From Felis catus (taxonomy: Eukaryota): a stretch of 64,000 bases of DNA. The notes beneath the pieces were generated by a model, which did no database searches, was not told the DNA's origin, and was given only the letters and a program-made list of their open reading frames with translations. This document shows, piece by piece, positions 35,501 through 64,000 of this stretch (its first letter is position 1; the number at the start of each line of letters is the position of its first letter). The position numbers were made by a program, and so were the translations under genes. Location: positions 15,750,001 to 15,814,000 of the forward strand of contig NC_058368.1 of the NCBI RefSeq assembly GCF_018350175.1, in the 5' to 3' direction.

Positions 35501-36228
35501 ATGAGGAAGGCAAACTATGTTGTCTTCACAAACCAGGTATGTTCCTTCCATTCAGTCCTTTAATTTTTTTTTTTTTTTTATGTTTATTTTTGAGAGACAG
35601 ATTGCAAGTGGAGGAGGGGTAGAGAGAGAGGGAAACACAGAATCCGAAGCAGGCACCAGGCTCTGAGCTGTCGTCAGCACAGAACCCCAATGTGGGGCAG
35701 GGCTCAAACTCATGAACCATGAGATCATGACCTGAACTGAAGTTGGTTAAGGATGCTTAACCAACTGAGTCACCCAGGTGCTCCACGCCCCCCCATTCAG
35801 TCCTTTAACATGTAAAGTAAAAACTCTATGTGAGCTTCTTTGTATTAGAGAGGGCCAAATGGAATGTTTTGTTGTTTGCTAATACAAGTTACTGTGGTTT
35901 CTTGGTTATTTCAAATTCCTTACATTTCTATATATATGTCTACCATGGTTCTTAAGGTATGCATCAGAATCATTTGCAGGTCTTGTTAAAACAAAACCTC
36001 AAATCTTGAGACAGTCTCACTGGCTTGCATTATTGAATTTTTTGTTTTATAACTTGATATTGATTTTCTGTAAGTAAAACATCTTAAAAGTGTTGGCACA
36101 ACAATTTTTCAGGTGGAAGTGGGCTGACTGGAGCTAAACTTCAGGACTGTATGAGCCGAGCAGTTACCAGACACAAAGAAGTAAAAAAGCTAATGGATGA
36201 AGTAATTAAGAGTATGAAACCCAAATAA
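29213..36228 (+). CDS. EXOSC8: Exosome complex component RRP43, complete CDS, 276 aa. join(29213..29229,30327..30363,30533..30596,31574..31647,32777..32822,33539..33644,33729..33774,34473..34569,34850..34970,35430..35536,36113..36228)
   Basis: Exon lengths sum to 831 nt with no internal stop. The translation [33 protein letters not shown]...[15 protein letters not shown]...[10 protein letters not shown]...IVDPTGEEE...EVIKSMKPK is an RNase PH-fold exosome ring subunit recognised as EXOSC8. Confidence 0.98.
30327..30363 (+). CDS. EXOSC8: EXOSC8 exon 2 (37 nt)
   Basis: TTTCAG / [18 protein letters not shown]. Confidence 0.96.
30533..30596 (+). CDS. EXOSC8: EXOSC8 exon 3 (64 nt)
   Basis: TTTAG / [26 protein letters not shown]. 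Confidence 0.96.
30775..31182 (-). mobile_element. Two tandem Can-SINEs in EXOSC8 intron 3
   Basis: Two SINE bodies (about 30775-30972 and 30980-31182); CAAGACATGGTTTTCT repeated on both sides. Confidence 0.85.
31574..31647 (+). CDS. EXOSC8: EXOSC8 exon 4 (74 nt)
   Basis: TTCCAG / [30 protein letters not shown]. Confidence 0.96.
31856..32062 (-). mobile_element. Can-SINE
   Basis: TSD AAATGAAAC. Confidence 0.9.
32777..32822 (+). CDS. EXOSC8: EXOSC8 exon 5 (46 nt)
   Basis: CTATAG / [20 protein letters not shown]. Confidence 0.96.
33539..33644 (+). CDS. EXOSC8: EXOSC8 exon 6 (106 nt)
   Basis: TTTCAG / [40 protein letters not shown]. Confidence 0.96.
33729..33774 (+). CDS. EXOSC8: EXOSC8 exon 7 (46 nt)
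   Basis: ATCAAG / [20 protein letters not shown]. Confidence 0.93.
34473..34569 (+). CDS. EXOSC8: EXOSC8 exon 8 (97 nt)
   Basis: TTTTAG / [37 protein letters not shown]. Confidence 0.96.
34850..34970 (+). CDS. EXOSC8: EXOSC8 exon 9 (121 nt)
   Basis: TTCTAG / [45 protein letters not shown]. Confidence 0.96.
35430..35536 (+). CDS. EXOSC8: EXOSC8 exon 10 (107 nt)
   Basis: AATAG / [40 protein letters not shown]. Confidence 0.96.
35564..35790 (-). mobile_element. Can-SINE next to the EXOSC8 exon 10 donor
   Basis: TSD CCATTCAGTCCTTTAA (35548-35563, 35793-35808). Confidence 0.9.
36113..36228 (+). CDS. EXOSC8: EXOSC8 exon 11 coding part (116 nt, ends TAA)
   Basis: TTTCAG acceptor; [38 protein letters not shown]. 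Confidence 0.96.
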
Positions 36229-36300
36229 ACCACCACCACATTTTCAAAACGGATTTGTAAAAACTGTATTTGTTACACTGTGCACAAACCTTTTATACTA

Positions 36301-36306
36301 AATAAA
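36301..36306 (+). terminator. Likely EXOSC8 polyadenylation signal (AATAAA); alternative ATTAAA at 36428-36433
   Basis: Canonical hexamer 72 nt after the stop codon. Confidence 0.65.
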
Positions 36307-36609
36307 TATCAAACTACATTCTTCTGAAAGATGTTTCTAGTATTTCTTAGGTCACTTCCACATGTATTATGTACAGTGAAACCATTTTTAAAAAGCAGTA
36401 ACTTAGGCAAACCAACCCTAATGGTTCATTAAACCATCTCCCTGTTTTTACTTAAAAATGCTAGGGTTGTGCTTCTGTATAAAGTTTGTACATCTAGCAA
36501 TGTAAAATACTGACATTTAAAAAAAACAAAACCAAAAAATGAAGTAGAAACTCAGAATCCTTTTGATTCAATGCTCTTAATGGTTTTAAAAAAGAAAAAA
36601 AAGCAAGAC

Positions 36610-61662
<25,053 letters not shown>

Positions 61663-63842
61663 CTAAAATGTATAACATATGTCAGTACCAGATTTAAGTT
61701 TTTCAAATCATACATATTTCTTAATCTAGAAATATTCCTTGGAACTCTATGTACTACCATAAAACACAGTATTTCATGTCACAACTTTGCAGACTTCAGA
61801 AACTTGACAGCATAATGAAATTATTAATGGAAATTCAATAATTTGTAGTTTACAAAATGATCAAGTTGTAAGAATGCCTATTCACTGATTGAATAAATAT
61901 TTACTGAGCACCTACTATGTGTTAGCCTCTGTTCTAAGAGTTGAGGATCAAGTAGTGAACAGATAAAATCATCTGCTCCCACAAAGCTTACAAGATCATG
62001 ATGAATCATAGAATTTTTAATAACCATTCTATTCAATACTCAGCTTAACTTCATTACAAGAATAAAAATGATTACACTAATACTGTGTAAACTCTATATT
62101 CCCAATTCCAAAATGTATACAGGTGCTCTACAGGTTTTATTTAGTTTTTTTTTTTTTTTTACTTAATCAGTGAAATGTTTTAACAGCAACAACTAAGTAT
62201 TTTAGTCAAATGAGTCAATTAATATTACTGCTGAATAAGGATTTTTGCAAAGAAAGAAACACTGCTTCTTTCAACAGTTCAACTTATTATGGATATTTTC
62301 AAATGTACACAAAAGGAGAAGTGTAGTGACATCCATGTACCAACACTCAATTTCATTTAACAACCGCCCCTTAACTTCTTATGCTTTTCTTTTGCTGGAG
62401 TAATTTAAAATACATCTTTGATGTTGTATTGTTTCATCTCAAAATACTTCAGCATGCATTGCTAATTGATATGGACCTCTAACATCCAGTATGGATTTAA
62501 ATGTCCCATTACCTCAAGAGTGTATTTTTAGTTGGTTTGTTTGAATTTGAACTCAAACTCTACAGTTTGTATTGGGTTTTTATCTTTTAAACATCTTACT
62601 TTGTTCTGTAATGATCACTTCTTCTCCCACGTTTTTCCCTTTTCTCATGTAATTGATTTGTTGGATTTGACCCAATTACTTCCTGGCTGACTATCTCCAC
62701 ACTGTGTCACTTAAGTTTCTCTTATTTCCCCAATTCCATACACTGTTAGATCTAGAAGCTGAATTTAATTCTGGTTCTATTTTTTTAGACAAGAATTCTT
62801 TATTGGTATTGTTATATACTTTCTCTTGCATCACACCAGGAGAAACACAATGACTGTCCCATTTTTACACCAATGGGGTCAGTCAGATCTCTGCATTATA
62901 AAATTTCCCATGACCTATAATCTAATGGCTTTTATACCTAAGAGTTACACCTGTCTAGATTAAGACTTCCAAATTGATATTTTAAAAAGTCCATCATTTA
63001 TTTCTTCTGTTATCTATTAGCAGGAATTCTTTTTTTCCCTTTCTCTATTGAGGCTGTATATATGCTACGTAGTTGGGAGTGTCAACCTTTCAATCGTGGT
63101 AAGATTACCCATCAAGCAGGAATGCTATGGAGCCTACGCCAACATCTAACAGTTGAGATATCAATAATATCTATAATATGTGAAATCACAAGTAGAAATT
63201 TCTATTTGGAATCCTTAATTACAAAAGCACCTCATGCAAAAAAATTAAATTTTTCACCAATATCAGAAATGTTAATTCAGAAATGTTAATGCTAAATTAT
63301 CTTCTATACTTCCTGATTCTTACTGGAACCCACTTAAATAGATCATTATTGAAGCATATTTGAATGTATTATATTCTCAAAAGTTAACTCTAAACTCATG
63401 TTTATAAGAAAGCAAATTAAGAAAATAAACTTTTGCGCAGAGAGGCAGGTGGTTATTTTTCCAAGACAGGAACTATGCATCTACCTATAGGCGATCTCCC
63501 CTACTAACATTTACTCTTTACCAGGATAATTCTGTCTGTTCTCTCTCTTTTCTGTTGAGGTGTAACGGACATAGAACATATTTCCAGGAGCACAAGTAAT
63601 TTGATATTCCTGTACACTGAAAAATGATCACCACCCTAAGTCTAGTTAACAGGTTTCATTACCCACAGCTACAAATTTATTTTTTCTTGTGAAAACTTTT
63701 AAGATCTAATTTTCCTAAAGAACTTTCTAATCTTAGTTATTCTTTGGCCACCTAACATACAGTTCATACAAGAAAAGCAGAGTAAAATGCTACATACAGA
63801 CCTTCCCTTTATTCATCTTCAGAATAAGAAACTGATACCCTT

Positions 63843-64000
63843 GGGGCGCCTGGGTGGCTCAGTCAGTTAAGTGGCTGACTTCGGCTCAGGTCATGATCTC
63901 GCGGTCCCTGAGTTCGAGCCCCGCGTTGGGCTCTGTGCTGACAGCTCAGAGCCTGGAGCCTGTTTCAGATTCTGTGTCTCCCTCTCTCTGACCCTCCCCT
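63843..64000 (+). mobile_element. SINEC_Fc-type SINE (cut by the window end)
   Basis: GGGGCGCCTGGGTGGCTCAG head. Confidence 0.92.

Overview
This is eukaryotic, mammalian DNA. The dense Can-SINE/SINEC_Fc-type and carnivore L1 repeats point to a feliform carnivore, most likely a cat. The window covers the conserved ALG5-EXOSC8-SUPT20H cluster. ALG5 (- strand, dolichyl-phosphate beta-glucosyltransferase) has coding exons 1-7 here and continues beyond the left edge. EXOSC8/RRP43 (+ strand) is complete: 11 coding exons, 831 nt, 276 aa, head-to-head with ALG5. SUPT20H/FAM48A/p38IP (- strand, SAGA subunit) has its last 16 coding exons here, tail-to-tail with EXOSC8, and starts beyond the right edge. 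All exons were read by hand, with GT-AG boundaries and consistent phases. Introns hold about 35 SINEs, L1/L2/MIR fragments, DNA transposons and LTRs, and nearly all ORFs in the supplied track are repeat-derived noise. I found no new multi-gene system, CRISPR array or RNA gene. The best leads are: two 1.55-kb L1 copies that appear to share a 5' start and ORF2 defects despite different target-site duplications; an out-of-frame strong-Kozak upstream ATG over the ALG5 start; several SUPT20H C-terminal isoform switches; and local templated-insertion scars. Gene and repeat names come from my recognition, not from database searches. Repeat boundaries are approximate.
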